64,000 nucleotides of DNA from Nannocystales bacterium (GTDB lineage Bacteria > Myxococcota_A > Polyangia > Nannocystales > Nannocystaceae). The stretch is from positions 64,001 to 128,000 of the forward strand of contig JBOEGF010000038.1 in the NCBI GenBank assembly GCA_050633305.1, in the 5' to 3' direction. This document shows, piece by piece, positions 54,907 through 64,000 of this stretch (its first letter is position 1; each line of letters opens with the position of its first letter). A program made the position numbers and the translations under genes. Below the pieces are notes generated by a model. It was given only the letters and a program-made list of their open reading frames with translations. It did no database searches and was not told where the DNA came from.

Positions 54907-55083
54907 CTACGCGACCGTGATGATGTAGTCGCCGCAGGTTGCAGGAGCCGACACGGGGACCGCTGGCGCTGCCGCTCTGGCACCCCCGACCACGGCCTGG
55001 AGCACTGCGGTGTCGAGAGAGTCGAGCGTCCGGGTTTGACGGTCGTCGTTGCGGGGGCTCTTGTTATTGTTCTTGTTGGTCAT
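54907..55083 (-). CDS. RiPP precursor peptide, 58 aa: MTNKNNNKSPRNDDRQTRTLDSLDTAVLQAVVGG-ARAAAPAVPVSAPATCGDYIITVA
   Basis: Translated by hand (not in the ORF track); A-rich leader with AAGAG; double-Gly leader motif; single Cys in TCG; directly upstream of the MNIO genes. Confidence 0.85.
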   Translation of the reverse strand: MTNKNNNKSPRNDDRQTRTLDSLDTAVLQAVVGGARAAAPAVPVSAPATCGDYIITVA

Positions 55084-55110
55084 CGTTGTTGCTCTTCGTT
55101 TGTTGTTGGT

Positions 55111-55611
55111 TCAGGGAGTGAGCAGCCGCTTGGATAGCCACAGCTCGTCGTGGAATTTTCCGCCCAGCATGAGCGCGTCGCAGCGCCGCCCCTCGACCTC
55201 GAACCCCAGGCCGCGGTACAGCTCCAGGGCGCGTAGGTTGTCTTCGCGGACGGTCAGCTCGACCCGTCGGATTCCGTTGCGAGTGGCATGGGCCAGCGCG
55301 GTCTCGAACAGCCGCCGCCCGATGCCGAATCCCCAGTGCTGCTGGAGCACGCCGATCCACGCGCGCGCCACGTGGGCGTTGCGCTGCAATCCGCCCCGCT
55401 GCATTCCGCAGAGCGCGACGATGTGGCACCCGTCGAGGGCAACGAACGTCCACGCCGTGGAATGCTCCAGCATGCTGCGTGTGCTGGTCTCCGAGACCTC
55501 CTCTGGGGCAGGGAGGAGGAGGTCCGTCTGTCGAGCCAGAGCCTGGCGCAACTCGAAGATGGGCAGTGTCTCTGCCGAGTTGGCGAGTCGGTATTCGAAA
55601 CTGGGCGTCAT
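55111..55611 (-). CDS. GNAT N-acetyltransferase
   Basis: IGVLQQHWGFGIGRRL, LTVREDNLRALELYRGLGF; ends 27 nt upstream of the precursor. Confidence 0.9.
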   Translation of the reverse strand: MTPSFEYRLANSAETLPIFELRQALARQTDLLLPAPEEVSETSTRSMLEHSTAWTFVALDGCHIVALCGMQRGGLQRNAHVARAWIGVLQQHWGFGIGRRLFETALAHATRNGIRRVELTVREDNLRALELYRGLGFEVEGRRCDALMLGGKFHDELWLSKRLLTP

Positions 55612-56030
55612 GGGTTCTTGCGGGCGGGCATAGAGGCCCTCTACGTCCACGCTCGAACTTCTGACGCGGCAAATCGACGAAGCGCAGCCTGCGACAGGTG
55701 GTAGGCGATCGTAGACGCGGTGGCGCAAAGCAAGCGCCGCCGGCTGAGGATGGCGGCGTCGCTCAAGGCAAACGCATCCCTCGCTACGCTCTGCATCGAC
55801 CGCACCGGGGGGAGCGACGGTGGGGCGAAGTCTGTTGGAGGCTGGCCCGGTGTTTTGGTGCCACGGCCCCAGACCCTCCGAGATGTGTGTACCCGCGAAC
55901 TGCACTGCGCGACGCAGTGGTCCCGGGTGCAAGCGTTTCGACCGGCTGTTCTCGGCGCGAGAACGACGGGTTCTCAATCTGTGGCGTTGTCCACGTCCCC
56001 TCCTGGGCTCAACCTGGAACGGAGGTCGAG

Positions 56031-56555
56031 ATGAACAGCGAATCGAACAACGAGTTTCCAGTGCAGCCCATCCGGGGCAAACATCGGATCGAGGCGTCCA
56101 TTGAGGTCGACGCGCCCATCGAGGCGGCGTGGGCAGTGATCGCCGACTTCAACGACATCTACCTGTGGGCGCCCTCCGTCGAGGACTCCCGCGGTATCAC
56201 GGCATCGCAACGCTGCGTGGGGGCAGGACGGCAGTGCACGATCAAGGGGTTCGGAAAGATCGACGAGGTCATCACCGATTGGAAGGAAGGCCGCGAGTTC
56301 ACCTACGCCGTGGGGGCCCTCGGACCGTTCAAGGGGTCGCGCAGCCGCTGGCAGCTGGAGAGCCTGAGTCCAACCCGGAGCCGCCTGACGCTACAGCTCT
56401 CGTACGACATGCGAATGGGATTCCTGGGGGACGCGATGAACGCCCTCGTGATGCGTCGGAAGCTGCAACAGTCGCTGGACGGGATCTTGGAGCCGTTCAA
56501 GCGCCGGGTCGAGACCGGTGAGGTTCTGCGCCCCGTTCGCTCCGCGGCGGCCTGA
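56031..56555 (+). CDS. SRPBCC family protein
   Basis: GGAGG RBS; IEVDAPIEAAWAVIADF...VGAGRQC. Confidence 0.85.
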   Translation: MNSESNNEFPVQPIRGKHRIEASIEVDAPIEAAWAVIADFNDIYLWAPSVEDSRGITASQRCVGAGRQCTIKGFGKIDEVITDWKEGREFTYAVGALGPFKGSRSRWQLESLSPTRSRLTLQLSYDMRMGFLGDAMNALVMRRKLQQSLDGILEPFKRRVETGEVLRPVRSAAA

Positions 56556-56761
56556 AACGGGGAGCTGATGATGCGACGGAACACGGCGATGACCGAGGGG
56601 CAGGGCTCGGACACGACAATGGCGACGGTCTATCGAGATGCGGTCGCTGGCACGCTCGAGCGTGTGATCGACGCGCAGGTCAGGGCGCTCTCGGACGACC
56701 TCGTTTGAAACGTCGGGCAGGCACGCGCGTTGCTTCGCCCAACCCCACCCAACTCAGGCCC

Positions 56762-57535
56762 ATGCGACCTCCCCATCTCAGTCTCTCGCCAGCCATCACC
56801 GCTTTCGTCTCGGCGATGGCCTGCAGCAGCCCCTCCCCCGAAGATCCCTTGGTGACGACGCAGCAGCCGACGGCTTCGCCCAACGCCATCGAGCACAATC
56901 GTGTTCCACAGGATGCGCAGCGAGACGCGCTTCGACACCCCGAGGTGTTCATGGACTTCGCTGGTGTGGCTCCCGGCCACCAGGTTCTCGAGCTCGGCGG
57001 AGGCGACGGCTACACCTCGATGCACATTGCACGGCGCGCGGGCCCTTCGGGCGGCGTGTTGGCGGTCAACCCCCCGCAGTGGAGCACGTTCATGCGGCCC
57101 TACATCGCAGCCCGGTTGGCAAACGGGCCCGTCGCTGGCCTCACCTTCGCCGAGCGGCCGTTCGACGACCCCGTGCCACCGGGGCATGTGCCTTTGGACC
57201 TCGTCGTCTGCGTGCTCATCTACCACGACATCCTCTACATCGACGTCGACCGCGCACGGATGAACGAACGCCTGTTTGCCGCCCTCGAGCCGGGAGGGAA
57301 ACTTCTCATCATCGATCACGCCGCTGGGGACCCGAACGACCTCTCGGTCGGGGGAACGCTGCACCGGATCGGCAAGGACGCCGTGATCGACGAGGTCACG
57401 GCGGCCGGCTTCTCGTTGGTGAACGAATCGGACGCGCTCAGCATGCCCGAAGACCCACATACCGGGCTTGCATGGACCGACCCGCAACCCCGTACCGACC
57501 GCTTCGTGCTGTTGTTTGAGAAGCCGAAACGCTGA
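56762..57535 (+). CDS. Class I SAM-dependent methyltransferase with lipoprotein signal
   Basis: AMAC; RDALRHP; VLELGGGDGY; YHD; LEPGG...DH; LHRI. Confidence 0.85.
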   Translation: MRPPHLSLSPAITAFVSAMACSSPSPEDPLVTTQQPTASPNAIEHNRVPQDAQRDALRHPEVFMDFAGVAPGHQVLELGGGDGYTSMHIARRAGPSGGVLAVNPPQWSTFMRPYIAARLANGPVAGLTFAERPFDDPVPPGHVPLDLVVCVLIYHDILYIDVDRARMNERLFAALEPGGKLLIIDHAAGDPNDLSVGGTLHRIGKDAVIDEVTAAGFSLVNESDALSMPEDPHTGLAWTDPQPRTDRFVLLFEKPKR

Positions 57536-57760
57536 GGTCGCGCAACACCGCGACGATTCGTCGGTCCCGGCCAAGATGCGCTGCTAGGCACAACCTGGCG
57601 TACATCGGCCCACCCGAGTTGGGGACGGCCCCTAGACCGTCTTTGCCGTTCCCGCGTTCCTCTGCAGGTCGGCTTGACGCTCCCACGCTCTCCAGTACGT
57701 TGAGTCCGCGTTCGATGAACGCTCTGGCACCACAAACGCCGTCTTCGCCGAGGTATCGAC

Positions 57761-58528
57761 ATGACCCAAGCTCTCGTTCCCACCACGGAGTCCCCCAAGC
57801 GGGGTCCTCTTCGCGAACTGCTTGTCGCCGCGGGCGCAACCTGCATCGCCCTCGCGCTGCCCAGCGCGCTGATCACCAACCACTCCAACGACGGCTGGCC
57901 ACTCATGGTTGCGATGTCGATGCTTGCCTTCGCGTCGTACCCGATGTCGCGTGCCTCCAACCTCTTCGCGCAACTCTTCGCTCGCGCAATCTGGTGGCAA
58001 GCCCTCGCTTTCGGTCTCGTGCTCGGCCTCGGTCATGCGCTGGGCGAAATCAACGGGTCCATTTCGAGCGCGGTCCCCATGTATCTGTTGGGCGGTGCCC
58101 TCACACTCGGCGCAGCTGGCAAGGTTGGTCTCGACTTTGAGTCCGCGTATTTCGTCCCGAACGAGTTTCGGCGCAGCCTCACCGCCTCGCTGGTGATGGC
58201 GATGGCCGACACCATCGCTCTGCTGTTCTACGCTGGCATTGTCCTCGTCGATGGCTCGGTGCGCGGGTCAGTGCTCCTCGACGTTGCGGAGTTCACCGGT
58301 GCGGCGCTCGTGATGGTCGTGGCGCTGGTCGGGTTGTACCGAATTAAGGTGTGGGGCCTCGTTCTCAACATCGGTGCCAACATCCTCATCGCGACCCTCG
58401 CGGTGACGGGCGTGTTCGACATCCCCCCGGTCATCGCGTTCGGGCTCGCGGCCACAGCCCTCGCCCAGCTGTTCCTGCCGATCCCCCTGCTGGTCCGCGC
58501 GGCCCGAAGCAGGCGCGACGCAGCCTAG
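57761..58528 (+). CDS. Multi-pass membrane protein
   Basis: About 8 hydrophobic segments. Confidence 0.75.
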   Translation: MTQALVPTTESPKRGPLRELLVAAGATCIALALPSALITNHSNDGWPLMVAMSMLAFASYPMSRASNLFAQLFARAIWWQALAFGLVLGLGHALGEINGSISSAVPMYLLGGALTLGAAGKVGLDFESAYFVPNEFRRSLTASLVMAMADTIALLFYAGIVLVDGSVRGSVLLDVAEFTGAALVMVVALVGLYRIKVWGLVLNIGANILIATLAVTGVFDIPPVIAFGLAATALAQLFLPIPLLVRAARSRRDAA

Positions 58529-58579
58529 GGGGGACGACGGCCGTACCTGCACCCAGGCCTCCGAGACCCGTACCGTTCG

Positions 58580-59215
58580 TCACGATGCGACCGGGTCGCG
58601 AGGGGCCGACGACGGTCGCGCGTACACACGCTCTACGGGAACCCGAAGGGCTTCAAGCGCCCCACGATGCGTCCGTTGCTCGCGTACGAAGTCACTGATG
58701 TCCTCGATCGACAGGGTCTCCTCGGACACGAATCGACGCAGCATCGTCCCACGCAACCCGAGCTGAACCGCGCGTCTGGCCAGCTTGCCACCGGTCGGAC
58801 CATGGTCGGGATCCCACTGAAGCCGGACCTCTGACCTCCGCAGCGCACGCTTCCAGGCGTCGCGGCTTTCGAGACCGGACGCGCCGAAGCTGGAAGCGAC
58901 GGCCGTGTCGAGCAGTGTGTCGAAGAAGGCCCGCCGCACGCGAATCGCCAGCACGCGGGCCTGTTCGTCGTCAGCTTGCAGCCAGTCGCAGCGGTACATC
59001 ATCCACATGAAGTTGGGCTTGATCCAGCTCATGCGATCCAGCGAGTACCGCGGGCCTCCGAGTTGTTGGTGCTCCACGGCGTGCGCTGCCGTGACGGCAT
59101 TGAAGGCCTGGTACACCACGATCGAGTCGCGGTCGTACTGCGCCAACACAACCTGCCCGGAGGCGGGCCAAGTATCACGGAGCGAGAGATACGGGGCGAT
59201 GTCGAGTTCGATCAC
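58580..59215 (-). CDS. DUF4291 domain protein
   Basis: IVVYQAF, RMSWIKPNFMWMMYRC, VRLQWDPDH, RRAVQLGLRG. Confidence 0.9.
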   Translation of the reverse strand: MIELDIAPYLSLRDTWPASGQVVLAQYDRDSIVVYQAFNAVTAAHAVEHQQLGGPRYSLDRMSWIKPNFMWMMYRCDWLQADDEQARVLAIRVRRAFFDTLLDTAVASSFGASGLESRDAWKRALRRSEVRLQWDPDHGPTGGKLARRAVQLGLRGTMLRRFVSEETLSIEDISDFVREQRTHRGALEALRVPVERVYARPSSAPRDPVAS

Positions 59216-59346
59216 GGAGCGGAACCTGCGTCGTGCAAGTCCCACCATGACCGTTCGCTGGCTCGTGTCCAGGCGACAAAGCAAAAAAATGAGACCTACA
59301 GCCAAGCCGGTTCATCGTCGTTCCAGCGCACGAAGGCCATTCGCGC

Positions 59347-60405
59347 TCAGGGATCCGAGGCGCTCGGGAGCGTGGCGATCCACGAGGCGGTGTGCGTCCC
59401 GATTGCGGTCGGCTGCACCTCCTGCAGGTAGTGAAGGCCCGACCCGACATCGATCGTCTTCATGCGCGGGAGGTCCCGCTCGAGCTCGGGGCGCGTCTTC
59501 TTGGTCCAGATCATGCCCGGGTCTGCGTAGAGCATCAGCAACGGCGTGGACGAAGAGCGAAGCCACGCGTAGTTGGCAGCGATGCGTGTCGCGTTGTCCG
59601 CTGGCTCCTCGTCCAACGGGATCTCCCGCGGCCATTGGGCCACAGGTCGGCGGGATTCGACGGTCGGGTACGGCTCGCGATACGCCGCCATCTCAGTGTC
59701 CGTCAGCGTCCGTCCCGACATCATGGGCAGGAGCTTTTCGACGAAGTAGTTGTCCTCCGCGAGCAACTCGTGCCCCTGGTCCGGGTCTCGTAGGCGCTTG
59801 AAGAGGAAACGGCTGGGTGCGTCGGCATCCTCGAGCGACATGGGTTTCAAGACCGCCTCGAAGTGCGCAATTCCGCGGACGTTGTCCGCGTGCCGAGCGG
59901 CGTAGTCGATCGCGACTCCGCCTCCCCAGTCGTGTGCGACCAGGACGACGTCATGGAGGTCGAGCTTGGCGATGAAGGCATCAAAGTACGCCGCGTGGTC
60001 TTCGAACCGGTAGTCGAGATCTGGCTTCCCACTCTTGCCCATCCCAATCAGATCCACTGCGATGACTCGCCCCGAGCTCTCGAGATGCGGAATGACGTTT
60101 CGCCACAGGTAGGCGCTCGTCGGATTGCCATGCACGAGCACGATCGGGGGCCCCTGCGGGTCTCCGGCCTCGACGTAGGCCATCTCGCTGTCCAACACCT
60201 CGACGGTCTCGTACTCGAAGGGGAAGTCCCCGCTGATGCCGGGCTCCACCTTCTTGGCTTTGGGCGCCATCGCGGGCATCACGGCCAGACAGCCTGTGGC
60301 CAGCCACCCCGACATCGCTGCGAAGATTCCGCCCGCTCGGGCTGGCCCGCTCCCTTTCCGACGCGTCTCACTCGGGTTCGCTTGTGGAGGATGTGTGTTC
60401 GGCAC
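59347..60405 (-). CDS. dhaA: Haloalkane dehalogenase
   Basis: HGNPTSAYLWRN, DLIGMGKSGKP, HDWG, WPREIP, GLHYLQE; start uncertain. Confidence 0.9.
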   Translation of the reverse strand: MPNTHPPQANPSETRRKGSGPARAGGIFAAMSGWLATGCLAVMPAMAPKAKKVEPGISGDFPFEYETVEVLDSEMAYVEAGDPQGPPIVLVHGNPTSAYLWRNVIPHLESSGRVIAVDLIGMGKSGKPDLDYRFEDHAAYFDAFIAKLDLHDVVLVAHDWGGGVAIDYAARHADNVRGIAHFEAVLKPMSLEDADAPSRFLFKRLRDPDQGHELLAEDNYFVEKLLPMMSGRTLTDTEMAAYREPYPTVESRRPVAQWPREIPLDEEPADNATRIAANYAWLRSSSTPLLMLYADPGMIWTKKTRPELERDLPRMKTIDVGSGLHYLQEVQPTAIGTHTASWIATLPSASDP

Positions 60406-60456
60406 CCCGAAACCTTGAACATGCCGACGGCGTTTCGGTAGGCACACAAACGCCCA

Positions 60457-61365
60457 ATGGATGACCAAGAATCGCCAGCACCGTTCGACTGGGATGACGC
60501 TCGCGTCTTCTTGGCCGCGTATCGGTGCGGCTCGTCCCTGGGTGCAGCTCAGCGGCTCTCGGTCAGCCACTCCACGGTTCGGCGCCGCCTCGCGGGGCTG
60601 GAGCGAGCCTTGAACGCTCGGCTGTTCACGGCAACTCCGGATGGCCTGCACCCCACCCAAGCCGCAGAAGCAGCGCTCCCGGCCGCCGAGGCCTTGGAGC
60701 GAGCGGCATCGACATTCGTTCATCAGCTCCAGGGGGGAAGCCGAGCCCTGCAAGGCTCACTGCTGGTGACGACGCTCCATGGGCTCGCCGGACTCATCGC
60801 ACCGAGCGTCAAGCGATTCACTGAACGATATCCCCAGGTCGCTCTCACGCTGCGGTGCGAAAACCAGATCAAGGACCTCGCGCGTCAAGAGGCCGACATC
60901 GCGATCCGCCTCGTCAACACGCCCGACGAGACACTGTTCGGTCGGAGAATTGGGCGGGTTGGCTTCGGCGCATATGCGGCCCCCTCGCTGATCGCTCGCT
61001 ACGGCCGCGACATGACTGCGCTGCCATGGATCCTCTGGGACACCAGGGCTGGCGCGGAGCAGACCGAGCGCTGGTACGCCGAGCGCTCCAACGGTCGGGC
61101 GCCCGTCCTGCGGGTCACCGACGTTTCGGCCATGCTCGGTCTGGCTCGCAACGGAGTCGGCGGAGCCGTCCTCCCCATCCCGTTGGTTTCCGGGAGCGGG
61201 CTCGAGCCCGTCGAAGCGCGAATCGCCGGGTTCGACACCGACATCTGGTGTCTGTGCCACCGTGATGCTCGGAACTCCGAGCGGGTGCGAGCGTTCATGC
61301 ACGAAGCCTCGACGACTGGCGCCCGGATTGCCGCGGCGCATGCGTCCGAAGAGGGGGAAGCCTAG
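60457..61365 (+). CDS. LysR-family transcriptional regulator
   Basis: DWDDARVFLA...SHSTVRRRL; DLARQEADIAIR; divergent from the dehalogenase. Confidence 0.93.
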   Translation: MDDQESPAPFDWDDARVFLAAYRCGSSLGAAQRLSVSHSTVRRRLAGLERALNARLFTATPDGLHPTQAAEAALPAAEALERAASTFVHQLQGGSRALQGSLLVTTLHGLAGLIAPSVKRFTERYPQVALTLRCENQIKDLARQEADIAIRLVNTPDETLFGRRIGRVGFGAYAAPSLIARYGRDMTALPWILWDTRAGAEQTERWYAERSNGRAPVLRVTDVSAMLGLARNGVGGAVLPIPLVSGSGLEPVEARIAGFDTDIWCLCHRDARNSERVRAFMHEASTTGARIAAAHASEEGEA

Positions 61366-61406
61366 GGGCCGTGCGACCCGCACGGCCTCCCACACTGCCC
61401 GAGTCC

Positions 61407-62684
61407 CTACTCGCAGGTCTCGCCGCCGAGCAACAGGTACGTGGAGCAGACGCCCTCGCCTGAGCACCACATGTTGCCGATGGCGTCCTGGGGAGCGATA
61501 CCGGCTGCGATGGCCTCGTCCTCACAGTCCTGAGCGGTCTCACACGTTCCCGTGCAGGCGGTGTAGTAGCAGAAGTAGCCATCCCAGGTCGTCGTGCACA
61601 TACCGCTCTCGCAGGCCGAGCCTCCCTGTCCCAGGCAGTCAGCGCCAAACGGCAGCAACCCGGAATCCACGCACGCCCCATCTTGAATCATCGTGCCCGC
61701 CGGGCACTCGAAGTCGCGCAGGCGGGTGAGGGCGCTGGGGCCGACCCAATACAGAGCGGCAAGATCGGCCAAGGTGGCGAGTGGTCGGTTGTTGACAATG
61801 CTGGTCGCCGCCCATACGTGCAGCGGGACCACATCGTCGAGAAACTCGAAGCTCGCCTCGTTCGCCAGCTCCAGTGTTGCCAACGCTTGCGCGTCGGTGA
61901 AGGTCACGCCTTCGATCGTGCCGCCCAGGGAAGTGCCGTAGAGAAGCTCCAGTGGGGCGGTGGGGACCCGATACTCGACGACGCCTCCGCCGTACAACGC
62001 CGTGGTGATCTCCTGTTCGGCGGCGGGGTTCCCCAGTGGTGTGGTGTCCTCCGCCCGGATTTGGACGGTGTGGTAGCCGGAGATGAACGGTCCGACGTTC
62101 GGGCAGCTTCCGCTGGTGTTCTGGGTCTCGACCAACCCGATGGTCTCTCCCGCATCGGTCTCCACGAACACGACACACGCATCGCCGACCCCGGTGAAGG
62201 TTCCGGTGCCGCCGTTGTCATAGGTGCCACCCCAGAGCCACTCGGTGAGCGGCCCGGTGAGCGTGTAGTAGTCGACGGCGCGGCCGCTGGCTTGGTCGAA
62301 CGTGACCGCCAAGTTCTGCAGCGCGTTCGAGTCGGTGATGGGCGTCGCGTCGGCATCGTTCCACTCGAGCAGGCGATCGTCGCCGCTGAGGAACGGGGTC
62401 AGCTGTTGGCAGTGGGGCAGCTCGTCGTTGTCGAACGACACGACCAACGCGGCCCACGGGCTTTGCCCTGGGGCGGGATCCTCCCGGTACGTGTGCAGCA
62501 CGCAGATGTCCCCGAGCGGGAAGATGCCATCGGTGTTGCCCTCGACCGCGAACCCGCGCGTTGAGGAGGTGAGCCCACTCCGGGTCTGAACGTCTCCCTC
62601 GGGGCCGAGGTCTTCGGCCGCACATGCGGTGACGAGCAGCAGGGGCAAGGCGAGGAGGGCGGGGGCAGTTTGAATGGCTCGCAT
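61407..62684 (-). CDS. Lipoprotein with helix-hairpin-helix (ComEA-like) module and Cys-rich tail
   Basis: AAGGAG RBS; lipobox VTAC; ANEASFEFLD...RPLATLADLAALYWVGPSALTRL. Confidence 0.7.
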   Translation of the reverse strand: MRAIQTAPALLALPLLLVTACAAEDLGPEGDVQTRSGLTSSTRGFAVEGNTDGIFPLGDICVLHTYREDPAPGQSPWAALVVSFDNDELPHCQQLTPFLSGDDRLLEWNDADATPITDSNALQNLAVTFDQASGRAVDYYTLTGPLTEWLWGGTYDNGGTGTFTGVGDACVVFVETDAGETIGLVETQNTSGSCPNVGPFISGYHTVQIRAEDTTPLGNPAAEQEITTALYGGGVVEYRVPTAPLELLYGTSLGGTIEGVTFTDAQALATLELANEASFEFLDDVVPLHVWAATSIVNNRPLATLADLAALYWVGPSALTRLRDFECPAGTMIQDGACVDSGLLPFGADCLGQGGSACESGMCTTTWDGYFCYYTACTGTCETAQDCEDEAIAAGIAPQDAIGNMWCSGEGVCSTYLLLGGETCE

Positions 62685-63007
62685 GTCGATCTCCTTGAAG
62701 GCGGTGGAACTCGGGTCATTCGACCCGGCCACGCGCGAAACGAGCGTCGTCTATCACGAGCTGTCGGGTTCAGATACGAGGGAATGCGGTCTTCACTCAA
62801 TCGTTGTCCTACTGTTGCGAATGCGCGGGGTGGTCGCTTGAATGAAACGGGGGGCGGCCCTCGGGTCGGGTCAATGGTGACCGGCCGGGCGTATTGTGAG
62901 GATGTCTCCGCTCACACTTTTGCCGTCGCGTCTCCCTTTCTGTGCCGGTCCTCTGGCAGACTCCCTCCGGGTTCTGCAGTGTGGGCGCCTTCGGCTTGGG
63001 CGGCGCC

Positions 63008-63961
63008 TCAGAACAGCGAATCAACGCAAGCGACGGCGACGCGTGGTGCGGCCAATCCGTGACAAGGAGCGTCGAATCCGTGAGGGGTCATGTCCACGTC
63101 TCCGGTCATGGGATCGAGACTCCACATGCGGCCCTGTGCGTCGCAGGTCAACACATCGTCGTCGAGCGGGGAGGACGTGAGTCCCCCGGGCTCATTGAGC
63201 GCGCGTGACAGGGGAATGTCGGTTCCGAGTGTCCCCGCGTTGGTGTCGAGGGTCCGGATGCGGAACTCGCCGACATCGGTGAGGGCATGGAACTGTGTGG
63301 CAGCAGCGCCGCTGGCCAGACCGACGACAGTCCCGATGCCGACGAGATCCAGACTCGCGACGATGGCCGGCTGCGCGAGGTCTACCCGCAACAACGCCTG
63401 CCGCATCTCATCGACACCCTCGATGGTGTCGTCCCCTGCGGTAGCGATGGAGTGAAACATGGCGGGAGGGTCGAGCGGATCGAGCGGCGACGTTTCGCAC
63501 GTGCACGGGTCGAGGGTCCACAGGGCAACGGGGTCGGTGGAGCTGCCGACGAGAAGACCGCTGGGCAGCCAGGTGAGTGCGTCCGGATCTGCCATCGGTT
63601 GGTCGCACACCTCGAGCATGTGGCCGCTCGTGAGGTCGAGCGCGAGGAGTCGTGATTCTGGACCACCGACGGTGGCCACCCACGGCGGAGCTTCGGAAGT
63701 GGATCCGGTCGTCGAGCTGCTGCCGATGCCGCTCGAATCGGCAGACTCGAGCATACCTGTCGTGGTGTCCGCAGCCGCGGCGGTACCGACAGTCGTGGCG
63801 TCCGGGGCCGTCGTGGTGGTCTGGGGGAGTGGGCCGCTGCTGGCGTCTTGCCCTTCGTCCGAGGTCCAGCCGCCCACGGTCCCCGCAGGCGGGTTGCAGC
63901 AAGCCAGAGCGAGAGCGAGAAGCGAAGGATGGGCTCCGCGTCCGTGGGACGGGGTCGTCAT
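63008..63961 (-). CDS. Hypothetical beta-propeller-like lipoprotein
   Basis: LALAC lipobox; Thr/Ser linker; C-terminal GLAAP. Confidence 0.7.
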   Translation of the reverse strand: MTTPSHGRGAHPSLLALALACCNPPAGTVGGWTSDEGQDASSGPLPQTTTTAPDATTVGTAAAADTTTGMLESADSSGIGSSSTTGSTSEAPPWVATVGGPESRLLALDLTSGHMLEVCDQPMADPDALTWLPSGLLVGSSTDPVALWTLDPCTCETSPLDPLDPPAMFHSIATAGDDTIEGVDEMRQALLRVDLAQPAIVASLDLVGIGTVVGLASGAAATQFHALTDVGEFRIRTLDTNAGTLGTDIPLSRALNEPGGLTSSPLDDDVLTCDAQGRMWSLDPMTGDVDMTPHGFDAPCHGLAAPRVAVACVDSLF

Positions 63962-64000
63962 TGCGACGCGGTACAGGCCCGCCGGATCCGTTGAGTGTGA

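Noticed and set aside
56568..56708. Short ORF of about 46 aa (MMRRNTAMTEGQ...) as a second precursor
   Set aside because: No Cys and no GG leader; likely a fragment.
56031..57535. SRPBCC and methyltransferase as RiPP tailoring genes
   Set aside because: Divergent from the operon and generic; the methyltransferase belongs to a common exported family. No evidence of linkage.

Overview
GC-rich bacterial DNA. The gene content points to a myxobacterium (Nannocystaceae-like, inferred): many Ser/Thr/Gly-linker lipoproteins, TPR-tailed Ser/Thr kinases, four ECF sigma factors and a DUF1592/DUF1552 pair. I found no rRNA, tRNA, CRISPR array or transposase. The standout is a compact minus-strand methanobactin-like RiPP operon at 52410-55611: GNAT acetyltransferase, a 58-aa precursor missing from the ORF track (double-glycine leader plus an MbnA/MovA-like 'VPV...TCG' core), an MbnX/MovX-like MNIO (DUF692), a clear MbnB homolog and a short MbnC-like partner. 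It converges on a cytochrome P460-like lipoprotein with four GCP repeats. Other points: mirrored leaderless ECF-type promoters, a truncated kinase abutting a WYL regulator/epoxide hydrolase module, an FG-GAP lipoprotein with pore-forming-toxin-like hairpins, Cys-rich repeat lipoproteins, and a decayed zone at about 43-45 kb containing a sucD 3' fragment. All family calls come from motif recognition by eye, not database searches.
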